NCBI GenBank assembly: GCA_964016885.1
Contig: OZ024741.1
Coordinates: forward strand, 131,502,001-131,566,000
Reading direction: 5' to 3'
DNA from: Eledone cirrhosa
Taxonomy: Eukaryota
Length of the DNA: 64,000 bases
The position numbers were made by a program, and so were the translations under genes. Numbering within the stretch: the stretch's first letter is position 1; every line of letters begins with the position of its first letter. Under the pieces are notes generated by a model. That model was not told where the DNA came from and ran no database searches. It was given only the letters and a program-made list of their open reading frames with translations. This document shows positions 25,671-38,829 of the stretch, piece after piece.

Positions 25671-25899
25671 TTCCATTTCATTGCCTCATAAAAAAAGTTC
25701 TTTAAAAACCGTGAAACACAAATTAGCAATAAATCACACGGTTACTTTTAAAATATAAAAAAAAAAGTAACATTAGAACTTTTCAGAAAATATGGTGCTT
25801 TCTAATTTAAACACAATAGCTAGCAATTTGGAAAGAGGGAGGGAAGACGTCGATTAAATCGACCGCAGTACTTGACTGGTATATTATATATCAACTTCA

Positions 25900-26310
25900 A
25901 TAGCGGCCGAAATGGAATTCTTCCGAAGGGTCTTTGGAGAAATGTTACTCGATAATGTCCAGCTCGGAGATCAAAGAATCGTTCCAGGTAGAGACGCTAC
26001 TTTTCCAGGCAGATTTTACGAGCAAAACTAACTGGCAAGAGACATGGAGGTAGACCCCGAGCAAGACGGTTGGATAACATCGAGAAGCTCGGCTGGTCTC
26101 GCTTGGAGATCCAGCAAAATCTATTGATGGTTGTTTCAGATAGAGGGGATGTCTGAGAACTCTGTCCCAACAACTCTCCTAGGAATAAGTGATTGAAGAA
26201 GAAGAAGAAGAAGAAGAAGAAGAAGAAGAAGAAGAAGAAGAAGAAGAAGAAGAAGAAGAAGAAGAAGAAGAAGAAGAAGAAGAAGAAGAAGAAGAAGAAG
26301 AAGAAGAAGA
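25900..26310 (+). mobile_element. RTE (Expander-like) 3' end with (GAA)n tail
   Basis: AAEMEFFRRV, GKRHGGRPRARRLDNIEKLGWSRL, then ~39 GAA units. Confidence 0.75.
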
Positions 26311-26353
26311 TCAACAACAACAACAACTAACACTACCACCACCACCACCACCG

Positions 26354-26417
<64 letters not shown>

Positions 26418-26698
26418 AAAATGATTTACTTAGGGTCCACTGTTTATTTCATTTCCGGAAGTCATTCCACGTTAGTTTGGAATTTCTGAACAAACCACTT
26501 CACATTCTTCTATTTGGACCAATCTTTTCAGGTATATATTACACACACGCGCGGGAACTTGCATTTACTCACACACACAAACAAACACACATGTATATAT
26601 ATAAATACATATATGCATAGGCACACACATATATTATATACATCAAATACCACACACACACACATACGCACATATACATGTGCACGCCTTATATATAT

Positions 26699-27285
26699 AT
26701 AATTTGATTAAAATAACAGGAGAGCAAACTGGTAATATTACTTTAAAGTTTTATTGTTGCAAAAAAACACTATGTATATTTCAATAAGAAGTCAGGGAAC
26801 CTCCCAAAATTCAGCTCAAAAATGACATAGAGGAGACTGAGGTTGGTTGGACATGCTCACCGACATTCAGAGTTGGCACTGCACTCAGTAGTTCTGTGGG
26901 AGCCCCTACACGGACACTGGAAAAGGAAGACCGAGGATGACTTATGTTGACACTCTAAGGACAGACACTGTTCTCTAGGAGATGCGGGACATAGTGGCGT
27001 TGATGAAGGACAGAAACTGCTGGAGATAACTCGTCTATGGATCTTAGAAATTTGACCCGCCCTAGATATATATTTCAATGGCCTGGTTACTTAAGATCCC
27101 GGTGACATCAGAAAGTTCGAATTGCATAATTAGATAATCAATAAAAAGAATTACGGCTAACACAAGCATCAATATCGAAAATATTTGATTCGGAGATGGC
27201 CCGCAAAGTAATTCCTTTATTTATTAACTAATTATGTAATCCGAACCCGATGAAGTCGCCAGAATCTTACGTAACAAGGCCACTG

Positions 27286-27349
<64 letters not shown>

Positions 27350-27562
27350 TTATTTGTAACAATACATCTTTAATTACCAGTCCGGTCTCCTGTTATTTTA
27401 ATCAAATTAATATTTAACTCCGTTCCAGCACCAGCCACGGGATTCAACATCAACGCTGGATCAGATTCCTAACGTAGAGTGCTTTCATACTAATACATCA
27501 TGATTAATTAAAAGGAATGACCATTTCTATCCATTGGTGAACCACAAAACATAAATGTTTAA

Positions 27563-27565
<3 letters not shown>
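26699..27565 (+). mobile_element. PLE-derived inverted structure with hammerhead-like core
   Basis: Arms ~26699-26785 / 27283-27410; CCGATGA..GAAA at 27247-27288; shares CTCCTGTTATTTTA with the 44268-44950 element; (TA)n flanks. Confidence 0.65.
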
Positions 27566-27598
<33 letters not shown>

Positions 27599-27830
27599 TC
27601 ATTTATATACACATGCAAACAGATACAAAGCTAAAACACACACGCGGACACATATAAATATGTGCATATAGTTGCGCACACACACACACACACTTATGTA
27701 AACGGAAGCATTTGCCTAATTTCTAATATTTAGCGTCCTCTACAAATGGAACTGGGTAAGAGATATTTGAAGATCTAGAAGATATCTCTGCTTTCACGGG
27801 AGGATGTGTATGTATATCTTTCTTTACATG

Positions 27831-27888
<58 letters not shown>

Positions 27889-27925
27889 TATATGTGTGTG
27901 TGTGTGTGGGGGGGGTATCATGTAA

Positions 27926-27984
<59 letters not shown>

Positions 27985-28629
27985 GGGGTGTATATATATA
28001 TATATGTGAGTGTGAGTGTGTGTATGTGTATTTATGTATAGCAATCACTCTTTTCTTCTAATTATATATAGATACATGTATATATATATATATTGGGGGA
28101 ATATGTGTTGTGTGGGTGTGTGTTTCCGTTGATGCTTTCCAGTTAGTTGAAAACGAGAACAGACGACAAGTTCGGGTGTCCTAACTCCATGAGAAACCGG
28201 AAGTTAGATGGATGTCACAAACGTTTTTTAACAACTATCATTGACCAAACAACAGCGAATATTGATAAAAAGATTATCTTTAAACATCTATGTCAAACCA
28301 GTAACTGATTGTTACAATTGTTATTGCTGATACTGTTGTTATTGTTCCTGCCGTCGTTGTTGTCGGAATGTCCTTTCATCCGTCATCCCTGAGTCAAATA
28401 AAGAAACCGTCTTACGAGTCATATAAAAATTATGACTGAGTAAAGAACTGGGAGGAAGTTATCCCCGAAAGATACTGCAGAAGTAGTGGATTCACACATT
28501 GCCATCGTTATTTATGCCACCCGTCAATTGTTTCTTGCCCAAGTTTTTATCTGGTTATACTATTGCATCTGCTCTTATTTCCCGTGGAAGGAACAAAGCA
28601 CTCATTATACCGTGATTGATGATACGACT

Positions 28630-28900
28630 ATTGGTTAAGATACTTGACGCACGATCGTAATGTCGTCGTTTTGCTTGCTGCGTTGTGTTTTATTTCTTGC
28701 TGCGTTGTGTTTTATTTCTTGCTGCGTTGTGTTTTATTTCTTACTGCGTTGTGTTTTTGAGAAAAACTCTTTATTTCACGTTGCTCCAGTACACTCAGCT
28801 GAGAATTAGTACCAGAAGTAGTTGCGGAATTAAACTTGCTGTAGACCGGCGTCCAGCCCAAGAAGAGCCTTTACTCTCAGTCGCTTACGCCAATGAAACT
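28630..28900 (+). mobile_element. Second, older SINE family with an internal 22-bp tandem repeat (x3.8, 28674-28757)
   Basis: GCGTTGTGTTTTTGAGAAAAACTCTTTATTTCACGTTGCTCCAGTACACTCAGCTG resembles CORE-type SINE bodies (recall); tandem unit CTTGCTGCGTTGTGTTTTATTT. Confidence 0.5.
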
Positions 28901-29414
28901 AAGGATAACCACCAGCCTGATTAGCCCTCAGCTTAGAACAGACTTTAACTCAGTATGGTGTGAAATAACTTGACAATGAAGTGTACTTGCTGTTTGCCAG
29001 CTACATATTTCAAGAGTTCATCTTATCGACGAAGCTATAGTTTTGACTTAACGAAAGAACTATATTAGGAACTTGGAATTTGAAATGTTGCCATTTTTCT
29101 ACCAGTTGAGTAACTACTACCAGTTGAGTAAGTCAAACTTTGTATTGTATAGCAGGTTAGAAGAGGTGGAGAACGACATTTCCGAGAAAGCTCTGGAGAT
29201 CTACGAACATCAAATTTACTAATAACGGAGTGAACAGTCAAGGCAAACATTCAACGAGCACGGAAGAGCCGTCAAGCTATCCCACTCATGATGCGTGGAG
29301 GTTGATAAAACATCTCTGCTCGCATTCGTTTCGTTTTGACCAGTACTGACCTGTGTAATTACGTTTAACAGCAGTTTCTATATGAAGAATGGATCAGGCA
29401 ATCAGTCGGCATTT

Positions 29415-29570
29415 TACCCGGCAAGGACAGACATTTTCCTCTGTCGGGTGGCCAACATACTAAACAGTGAACAAGATTGAAAGGTCTGAAGAGAAACCAT
29501 TTCCTCTTCAGTCATGACCTCATCATCTTCAACTTCCGCTTGGAGAAAAAGGTGAAAATGAAGATTTTGT
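29415..29570 (+). mobile_element. Old Tx1 ORF2 C-terminal fragment
   Basis: Aligns with 57510-57665 (ATTTTCCTCTG..TTGAAAGG.CTGAAGA..CCTCATCA.CTTC). Confidence 0.65.
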
Positions 29571-29642
29571 ATCTTGGGAAAAAACGCATCGAAGTTAAGA
29601 AAGCTAACAGGTAGACGTGCAAACATCCACACACACGCACAC

Positions 29643-29716
<74 letters not shown>

Positions 29717-29723
29717 GCAAACG

Positions 29724-29806
<83 letters not shown>

Positions 29807-29807
<1 letters not shown>

Positions 29808-29987
29808 ACAAAGGAATTGTGGTAAGGAACCAGATGGACCACAACGCACCAGAGAACTCAATACTTAGGGTAGTAGAGTGGGAAAAAGGAAAAAGTATGA
29901 CCCCGACGGCAGAGCTCAAGCCGTTTCGACGTGTACAGAAATAGCCGTCGAAACGGCTTGAGCTCTGCCGTTGGGGTCATACTTTTT

Positions 29988-29990
<3 letters not shown>
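29807..29990 (-). mobile_element. Fold-back mini-element, same family as 10837-11040
   Basis: 45-bp arms 29887-29931 / 29946-29990 (one mismatch); ~80-nt tail homologous to 10961-11040; (TA)n flanks. Confidence 0.78.
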
Positions 29991-30054
<64 letters not shown>

Positions 30055-30306
30055 TCAAAATTATTTAACTATATATATACATACATATATATATATATAT
30101 ATAATATTATAGTCCTCGCGCACCGGGACTGAACAATTTCTCTAATACACTGTCCATTATCACACCCCTAGATTCCTAACGCTTTCTCTTTCCTCATAGC
30201 TTCGTACTTGCATGCACACACACTCTTTTACTCACATATACACACATGTCTCTTCTTAGCTTCATACGGACCTATAATAACACACACACACACACAAATA
30301 TATATG

Positions 30307-30374
<68 letters not shown>

Positions 30375-30649
30375 TAAATAAAAATAATAATAATAATAAT
30401 AATAATGTTTTCTTTATTAACCACAAGGGTTCACATAAAGTAGACATTAAGGACAGTACAGGACAATACAGGACGGTACAAATGGGCATTTCTGCGTGTA
30501 AAAAAACAGAGGTTGAAATAAAATAACAAAGAAGAATTCCCCAATAGGGGGGAGACTTCCAAGGGACATTTGTGGAGAAAGCCCATTAAAAGACCACAGT
30601 GGCCCTGACTACCAGGGCAAGTGCCCTCTCCCAGTTTTCCACCTTTAAT

Positions 30650-33600
30650 TTACAGACACATACTCAGAGAAGGCCCATTCATTCGGGCCATACTTGCTTC
30701 TCTCACCCATCTTTCAACAAAATGCTGGGAAGAGAGCACTTCCCTCTCTACCCTGATTTTCCTTTTCAAATGAAATTTGAAAAAGTTAATCAGGGCATCA
30801 CCGAAGAGGTAAGTGCTCGTCTTCAGCCCTTTCAAACGTGTCCACCATACTATCTCTTTCGCCATGGCCACCAGACAGATAAAAACTACCTGCCCTTCCA
30901 GGCTAAAGGAAGGGGGCGGGCAATCCTCACGATGGACTCAGCTGATAGCTGGATCCGTCCTACACGTGACAGCAGGTGTTCGACATAAACCCACAAGTCA
31001 GCAATGCTCGGACACTGGACGAGTGCGTGCAGGACGGTTTCGTCGCCCTGCGCGCATCTCGGACATGCCCGGCTGACGGCACCTCCATGCCTGTAGAGTT
31101 TATCCCGAACTGGCAAAGCTCCTCGGTAGCACTGCCAGGCCAGGGATTTCTGGAAGTTGTCCATAGGCCCCGGCCCGAAAGTCCTTCCGAAGAGATTGGC
31201 TAGTTGATTTTCGTCGACGCCTAGAGTTTCTCCAAGTACGTCGTCGCTCTTCCCCTCCACTAATCCCCTATAGAACGCCAAGGTGGAGTTTCCAACGATC
31301 ACATTGCCCGATTGGTCGAGGGCTGTGAGCGCCTGAAGACATTCCAGTCTCCAAGCGCTCCCTCTCGGTCTTCGCTTGACCCAGGACTGCAGCTCCGTCA
31401 AGGAGACGAGCTGGGGAAAAACGTGTCTCGCAAACGGCGACCACACCTGATCACCGTCGAGGAAGAGGTGGAGATGTCGTAGCCTGAGCGCGTGTCTGCG
31501 CATCATCAGCCACGGCATGCCCAGCCCTCCACGTAGCGGGTGTTGACAGCAGATGGACCGCCTGACCATCGGAGCGCGTCCCTTCCACAAGAAGCGAAAG
31601 AGCAAACGCTCCAGCGCAGTCAGGCGGGGCTTAGGACAAGGTACGACGGTCAGGCGGTAGTAGATGACGGATGCGATGTACGCATTCGCCACCTCCGCTC
31701 GACCTTTCAGGGATAGCTTCCTCTCAGCCCATTTCTGGGTGAGAGAAGCAACCCTGCTCGTCACCTCGTCCAAGTTTTTGTCCGTCTGGAGATCTGGACC
31801 GAACCAGACCCCTAGCAATTTAACCGGTCCGTCCGTCCAGCGCCCGACGACGCTGTTGGACGGCATGGACCTGCCTCTCCAGGTGCCGAGCTGCAGGCCC
31901 ACTGACTTTTCCTGGTTGATCATTGCTCCTGTCACCGCTTCGTATTCTCTTAGTGTAGTGCCGATAGCCTCGATGTGTTTGGCGTTCGACACCACTACGG
32001 TGACATCGTCGGCATATGCTGACACGGATCATCCGCATCCTAGTTCGCGCAGGATCCCCCTCAACGTCTCCAGTTTGTGCAGTAATGGCTCGAGAGTCAA
32101 TACGTACAATAGGGACGAGAGGGGACATCCTTGGTGGACCGAGCGCATGATGTTGAACGGTTCCGAAAGGTGACCGTTCACTCTCACTACAGAGCAGATG
32201 TCGCTGTGCATGGCAGCGATCCAGCCTCTGAAGACGGGCCCAAAGCCAGCCGCCCTCAGGACTGCCGCTAGGTAACGATGGTCGACCCTATCGAAGGCTT
32301 TCGATTGATCTAAATTGATCAAAGACCCACTCTTGCCAGGTTCCCTAGCTACCCTCTCTACGATGTATCGCATGAGGTGGAGGTTGTCGTGGATGGATCT
32401 GTCGGGAATGGCGCATGTCTGTGCCTCTCCCACCAGACCACCAACGACAAGCGCCAACTACTTTGCTAGCACCTTGGCCAAAATCTTGAACTCTGTGTTT
32501 AGCAGAGTTATGGGCCTAAAATTATCTATGTTATCCCCCTCGTTCGGATCCTTTCTCAGCAGCGCCACCGCTCCTCGGCTCACAGAGCTGGGAATTCTCC
32601 CGTTCTGTTGCCAGTTGCAGTAGACGTCCGCCAAGAGGCCTCCGAACAAGTTTGGCATTTGTACGTAAAGTTCATAGGGCAGACCATCCAAACCAGGCGA
32701 TTTACCCCTTGTGCAACTAGTCATTGCATCCCGTACTTCAGCTGTTGTTATCGGCTTTTCGTAACACTCCGCCTCAGTGGCCGAAAGCCGCGGCAGTCCG
32801 TCGAGGTAGACACTAAAGTCCATCCCTCGATCCGGCCCGCCACTGCCCCCGAACAGTTGAGCGAAGTGTCGCTGAAATGCTTCACACATTTGCCCGGGAT
32901 CGAGTAGCATGCGCCCGTCGTGGTCCACCAAAGACCGGATCGTGGCTTTGTTGCCACGACGCGCCTCCGCCACTCGGGCCCATTGAACGGCTTTCGTCCC
33001 CTCGTGTCTGAGAGCACGCACCCTAGCCCTGACAACGCAGCCTTCGTGCTTTGCATTGAAGAATTGGTCAAGGGCCAATTTCGCCGCAAGTACGTCGGTC
33101 GCGATGCCTTTGCTAAGTGCCTCATCTAATTTTCTAACTAATTCTCCCTCTGCTCTATTTTTCTCTATTGCTAAAGTCTTACTAAACCTAATGGACTCTA
33201 TTCTAATTGCTCTTTTCAGAGCAAACCACCACTTGTTGTTGACGATGGCCCCCGTCAACGCCCGCTTAACTAGTTCGCTAATCCGGTCTCTGTAGGCCTT
33301 GCGCGCTGGTAAGGACGCGTTTAGCTTCCAGTAGCCGGGTCCTCGTCTATGAAGCCTATCTAAGTCAAGCACACAGATCACGAATTTGTGGTCCGTGTAG
33401 CTGACTATCTTGAATTGTGGACAGCCTATGCTAGACCTATCTATTTCCCTACAAAATACTCTATCTAGATATGATCTGGATGACCCTATGCGATTTGTCC
33501 AAGTCCACATTGGTACATTCGGGAAATCCATTCGGTACCTGTCAGACAGTTCAAAACGTCTGAGCAGGTTGGTGAGACTCTTGCACCCTCCTTCCCTATC

Positions 33601-34070
33601 CACTAATCCCACACAATCCCAGCGTGCATCTAAGATCCCGTTCCAGTCGCCCACTAACACTAAAGAGCGGGACGTTCCAAGAAAGGTCTCCAGACGCCGG
33701 AAGAAATCAGGCCGCCCTGCTCCTGTCGGGGCATAGACGGCCACTAACCTGAAAGCTTGCCCGTCTCCGCTGGTCACGTCCAGCACCACCAACTTACCTT
33801 CTGGGTCCAGGAAGATGGCCCGTATGGCAAGATCCAAACCTCTCCGAAAAAGCACAGCAACTCCCCCCCCCCCGATCCCGGACGGCTGGGAGATGCGTAC
33901 ACATCGTAGCCGCCGAAGATCGCTGCGAAAGCCTGTGCTTCGGAGATTCTGGTCTCGCTGATGGCCACTACATCTATGTTTAGTGACCTGAGGTCGTTGA
34001 GCAGGTGGCCCTGCTTCCATGACGACCCCAAGCCACGCGCATTTATGCTGCCTATTCTGAGTGAGGTCAT
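30650..34070 (-). pseudogene. Tx1 ORF2 with two in-frame stops (32458, 32029) and frameshifts (~33865, ~30910)
   Basis: GSINARGL, VYAP, GDWN, YTDH, FRPITLLN, QGCPLS, AYADD, CPRC..H..C. Confidence 0.93.
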
Positions 34071-34104
34071 GTTGAAAAGGAGTGGAAAAGATGGGAAAGA
34101 CCAC

Positions 34105-36096
34105 TTACCTTACTTCTCGTAGGGGAAGGACGGTTTTTCCATCCTTTTCACTGCTTGTGGCCTCCTCAGGAAGGATGTCCTTATAAATCCTCCTGGAGAG
34201 TGCTTGTCGGAAGTCTCCGATGTCTTTTGGGAATTTTTGTTTTAGTGTCATGTACGTTTTCTGTGTGATGCGAGTGATTTGTATGTGTGGAGGTGGTGTG
34301 AATTTTGGGGTTGTTGTGTAGTCTTTTTCTGTGATGCTGGTGTTGTGTTGGATGTAGTGTAATAATTGCTTGTTGTTCAAATTTAATGCTGTGTAGTGTG
34401 TATCGTTTTGGTTGTTTTGTTTTGTTTGCGTTTGTTGTGGGTTTGTTTCTGTTTCGCATTTTGGTGACTTTTGTGGTGTAGGTGATGGTGGTGTTGGAGT
34501 TAATGATGGTGATGGTGTTGGTGTTTGGGTTGATGGGGTTGGTGATGCTGGTGTGGATGTTGGCATATCTGTCCTAACTTTTTTGTTTCTTAGTTTATTT
34601 GTTTCCCTCTGTGTTTTGTTTTTGGAGGGAGAAGGAAGAGAATTTTTTCTTTTTTGGTTTCTTTTTTTTTTCCGGATATCATTTCCCACTCCTCGTCGTC
34701 ACAATCTGTCTCCAGTTGTGATAGGCCGGGGAGTGGAAAATCCTCCACAGCCGTTAGTTTTGGTTGTGGTGTGGTGGATGGTGTAGGCGCTGGTGCTAGT
34801 TCTGGAGCGTTGGGTGGTGGTGGTGTTGGTTTTGCTGGTGGTGGTAGTGGTGTTGGTTTTGCTACTGTTGCTGGGGTTGTTGCTGTTATAGTTGCTTCTG
34901 TTGTTGCTGCTACAGTTGTTGCTGCCATCTCTGCTACTGGTGGTGTTGATGGTTGTGTCACTGGGGTGGGTAGGAGAGGTGGCCTCATCCTTTTAGCCTG
35001 AGGGCAGAAAGCCCTTAGGTGGGTTCCTTCACCACAAACGACACACCTAGGTCTTCTGCCCTCGACAATTACCGTGAGGTGGCTGCCGCCAGTGAGGTCT
35101 ATTACCTCTGGGATCTCCTCAATGCTTTTTTGGTCCGCTTGGATCAGGAGCTCCATCCCAGATCCGGACCAGTTTTCCTGCTTTTCTTTTGCTACTGCTA
35201 TTATTTTCGTGTTGGCTTCGATGCCGGCGAGGACAGCCGCTATTAGCCAGGGAATTTCGATGGCCGGTGGAACGTGGGTCACCCTGATCTTTACGAGTCT
35301 CTGGCCACAATAGCTTGGGACGAGTGTGAGGTCGTCACTTTTTAATGGGGCCTTGGAGTGTTCTCTAGCCTCCTCTGGTGTTTCAAAGAACACATCCACG
35401 GTTCCATATTTTGCCCACGTCTGATGTGGGTTTTTCTTGCCCACACATGTCCCAAAGCTTTTGGGATTTGGGACTCGGATGCCCGTTCCACTCGGCGCGA
35501 TTTTACATTTATTGTTCTATACGACACGGTGCACAGGCGCCGATGCTCCATTTTATTAGGTGGGGGGGGGGGGTGAGGCTGACCCTGTCCCCATCTTTCT
35601 TTACCATTTGTTTGGCATTTTCTAAATCTTCTTGAGTTACCGTGAACGCTTCGAATTGTTTTGCTACGATGGCGAAACAGAGGGTCGGTTTTATAATGTC
35701 ATTGTTGTTGTTATCGTTATTTGTGTTAATCTTAATTTTTGTTTCAGTTGTGGTGGTGGTGACGTCATTCGTCTTTGGTGCGGAAGAGTCCATTTTGCTT
35801 GATTTCATTTCGACATCACGAGTTAATTTATTTTTTTCTTCTTTTGTTTCTGTTGTCGCGGTGGTGGTGGGGGTGGTGGTTGTCGCGGTGGTGGTGGTGG
35901 TGGAGGCTTTAACACCTGCAGTCATTGGTAATGGCGGGAAATGAATGTCTGCCTGAGACAAATTTAAAATATTGCTACCTCTTATATTTTTTTTTGTGTT
36001 GGCAAACGTAGTAACATTTACAGTGGTGGTGTCGGTGTGAGGTGTTATTTTGTGAGGAAGGCTTTCAGCTGCTTCGTGCAGAGGGTAATTAGCCAT
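34105..36096 (-). pseudogene. Tx1 ORF1 (zinc knuckle) broken at homopolymer runs
   Basis: CVVCGEGTHLRAFC; frameshifts at poly-G ~35565 and poly-T ~34665. Confidence 0.85.
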
Positions 36097-36304
36097 TTTT
36101 TTTCAAAGAAATTTTTGGATAATAATAAAAATTAAAATTTTGGGCACAAGGCCCCAATCTTTTTGGGTGTCCTTTTCGGAAAACAATGTATGTGCGCTTA
36201 TAAACAGTTAACAATAAAATTTTCCATAAATGACAATTTTTAACAAACGAAAATAACAAACCTTTGCGGAGCTCACGATGATACGATTTACTACGTAGGT
36301 CGCC

Positions 36305-36363
<59 letters not shown>

Positions 36364-36365
<2 letters not shown>

Positions 36366-37885
36366 CGGGGGAACGTGATAAGAGAGCTTGATCAAGAAAA
36401 AACTTACGAATATCTAGGTGTTTGTGAAGGAGACGGAATCAAGCACTCGACAATGAAGGAAAGGATAAGGAAGGAATGTTACCGCAGAGTCAGAGCAATC
36501 TTAAGAACGGAATTGAATGCAAGGAATAGGATCGATGCCATAAACACGCTTGCCATACCAGTAGTAACCTACAGTTACAATGTCATCAACTAGTCAAGCA
36601 CAGAGATCCGTAGGCTCGATACAAAAATCCGAAAATTCTCAACCATGCACAGAATGCATCACCCTAAGGCAGACATAGATAGAATATATCTCCCTAGGAA
36701 AGAAGGAGGACGTGGGTTAATCCAGTTAGACATTGCGTTGAAAACTGCAACAATTGGATTATCCACATATCTAAGGGAATCACATGATTGGATGATCAAA
36801 CTCGTTTTGAAACACGAAAGCACCAAAAGATCATATTCCATTACAAAAGATGCAGAAAGATACAGTAATGGACTACAAATTTCAGAAGTTCCATTTACTG
36901 CTGAAATGGAAAACACAGAAAAAGCAAAGCAGGTAAAAGTAACTGCAAAGAAAGAACTGCTACAGAAACTGGCTAAGAAATGGCAAGAAAAGCCTCTGTA
37001 TGGAAAATACCCAGAGCGAGCTAACAATCCTGATGTTGACAAAACTTTAACCCATCAGTGGTTGGCATCCTCTGGACTGAAATCGGAGACTGAAGGACTG
37101 ATTATATCGGCACAAGATCAGTGTCTGCCAACAAAAAATTACCAAGCCAACATAATAAAAAATGGGTGCAGCCCATTATGCCGTGTATGCAAAAAACAAC
37201 CAGAGACCTTTGACCATATAATTTCAATGTGCAGTCCTATAGCTCCAACCGAATACCTAAACAGGCATGACAGAGCTGCACAATACATACATTGGATAAT
37301 GTGTAAGCATTTTGACCTGCCCCATCAAAAGAATTGGTGGGAGCATCAACCACCTCCCATACTTGAAAAAGATCACATCTCAATCTTGTGGAACTTTAGC
37401 ATCCAAACAGACCGAAAAATAGATGCAAATAGACCTGATATAATATTGAAGGACTTTCAAAGGAGGGTATGCCTGCTAATTGATATGTCTGTTCCAATAG
37501 ACAAGAATGTATCTATAAAAACATTTGAAAAATTGAGCAAGTATAAGGACCTGGAGATAGAAATTGGAAACATGTGGAAATTGAGAACTAAAACAATACC
37601 AGTGGTTGTAGGCGCTCTGGGAATGATACCTAAGGGGTCTAACGACTACTTATCGCAAATCCCAGGAAACCCGCGTATAGGAGAAATACAAAAGATAGTA
37701 CTAATGGGAACTGCCCATATACTAAGGAAGATCCTGTCAATATAAGTACATCACAAGTCTAAACACTAAAGATGCATGTGTGAGTATGTATGTTCTTTCT
37801 TGAACATGGCGGACCTTGTTGTCTCTTGAGGTCACTGGTTGTAACTTGGTGATAACTCGTATGAACATAAAGCAAGATAAATGCA
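36364..37885 (+). mobile_element. R4/Dong-like RLE LINE family 1, 5'-truncated
   Basis: RIYLPRKEGGRGL, AQDQ, CRVC..H..C, RHD, RPDII, KLSKY; (AAT)n on both sides. Confidence 0.92.
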
Positions 37886-37900
37886 AATAATAATAATAAT

Positions 37901-38752
37901 AAACTTTAACCCATCAGTCGTTGGCATCCTCTGGACTGAAATCGAAATCGGAGACTGAAGGACTGATTATATCAGCACAAGATCAGTGTCTGCCAAAAAA
38001 AAATTACCAAGCCAACATAATAAAAAATGGATGCAGCCCATTATGCCGTGTATGTAAAAAACAACCAGAGACCATTGACCATATAATTTCAATGTGCAGT
38101 CCTATAGCTCCAACCGAATACCTAAACAGGCATGACAGAGCTGCACAATACATACATTGGATAATGTGTAAGCATTTTGAGCTGCCCCATCAAAAGAATT
38201 GGTAGGAGCATCAAACACCTCCCATACTTGAAAAAGATCACATCTCAATATTGTGGAACTTTAGCATCCAAACAGACCGAAAAATAGATGCAAATAGACC
38301 TGATATAATATTGAAGGACTTTAAAAAGAGGGTGTGCCTGCTAATTGATATGTCTGTTCCAATAAACAAGAATGTATCTATAAAAATATTTGAAAAATTG
38401 AGCAAGTATAAGGACCTGGAGATAGAAATTGGAAAAAAGTGGAAATTGAGAACTAAAACAATACCAGTGGTTGTAGGCGCTCTGGGAATGATACCTAAGG
38501 GGTCTAATGATTACTTATCGCAAATCCCAGGAAACCCGCGTATAGGAGAAATACAAACGATAGTACTAATGGGAACTTCCCATATACTAAGGAAGATTCT
38601 GTCAATATAAGTACATCACAAGTCTAAACACTAAAGATGCATGTGTGAGTATGTATGTTCTTTCTTGAACATGGCGGACCTTGTTGTCTCTAGAGGTCAC
38701 TGGTTGTGACTTGGTGATAACTCGTATGAACATAAAGCAAGATAAATGCAAC
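37901..38752 (+). mobile_element. R4/Dong-like family 1, tandem 5'-truncated copy
   Basis: Near-identical to 37041-37885; followed by (AAT)n 38755-38826. Confidence 0.92.

Positions 38753-38829
<77 letters not shown>

Larger units (their letters stand above)
30407..36304 (-). mobile_element. Full-length Tx1-clade LINE A (inactivated)
   Basis: ORF1 and ORF2 (APE, RT, CCHC) homologous to 52192-58015; (AAT)n at 30383-30406 and 36305-36363. Confidence 0.95.

Noticed and set aside
24395-26620. Poly-K, poly-F, poly-E and poly-L ORFs
   Set aside because: Translations of (GAA)n and (CTA)n tracts; the GAA runs are RTE tails.
28674-28757. Regular 22-bp repeats, superficially CRISPR-like
   Set aside because: No spacers, eukaryotic context, no cas genes; simple slippage inside a SINE.
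32029-32460. Programmed stop read-through in Tx1 A ORF2
   Set aside because: Copies B and C have sense codons at these positions; ordinary inactivating mutations.
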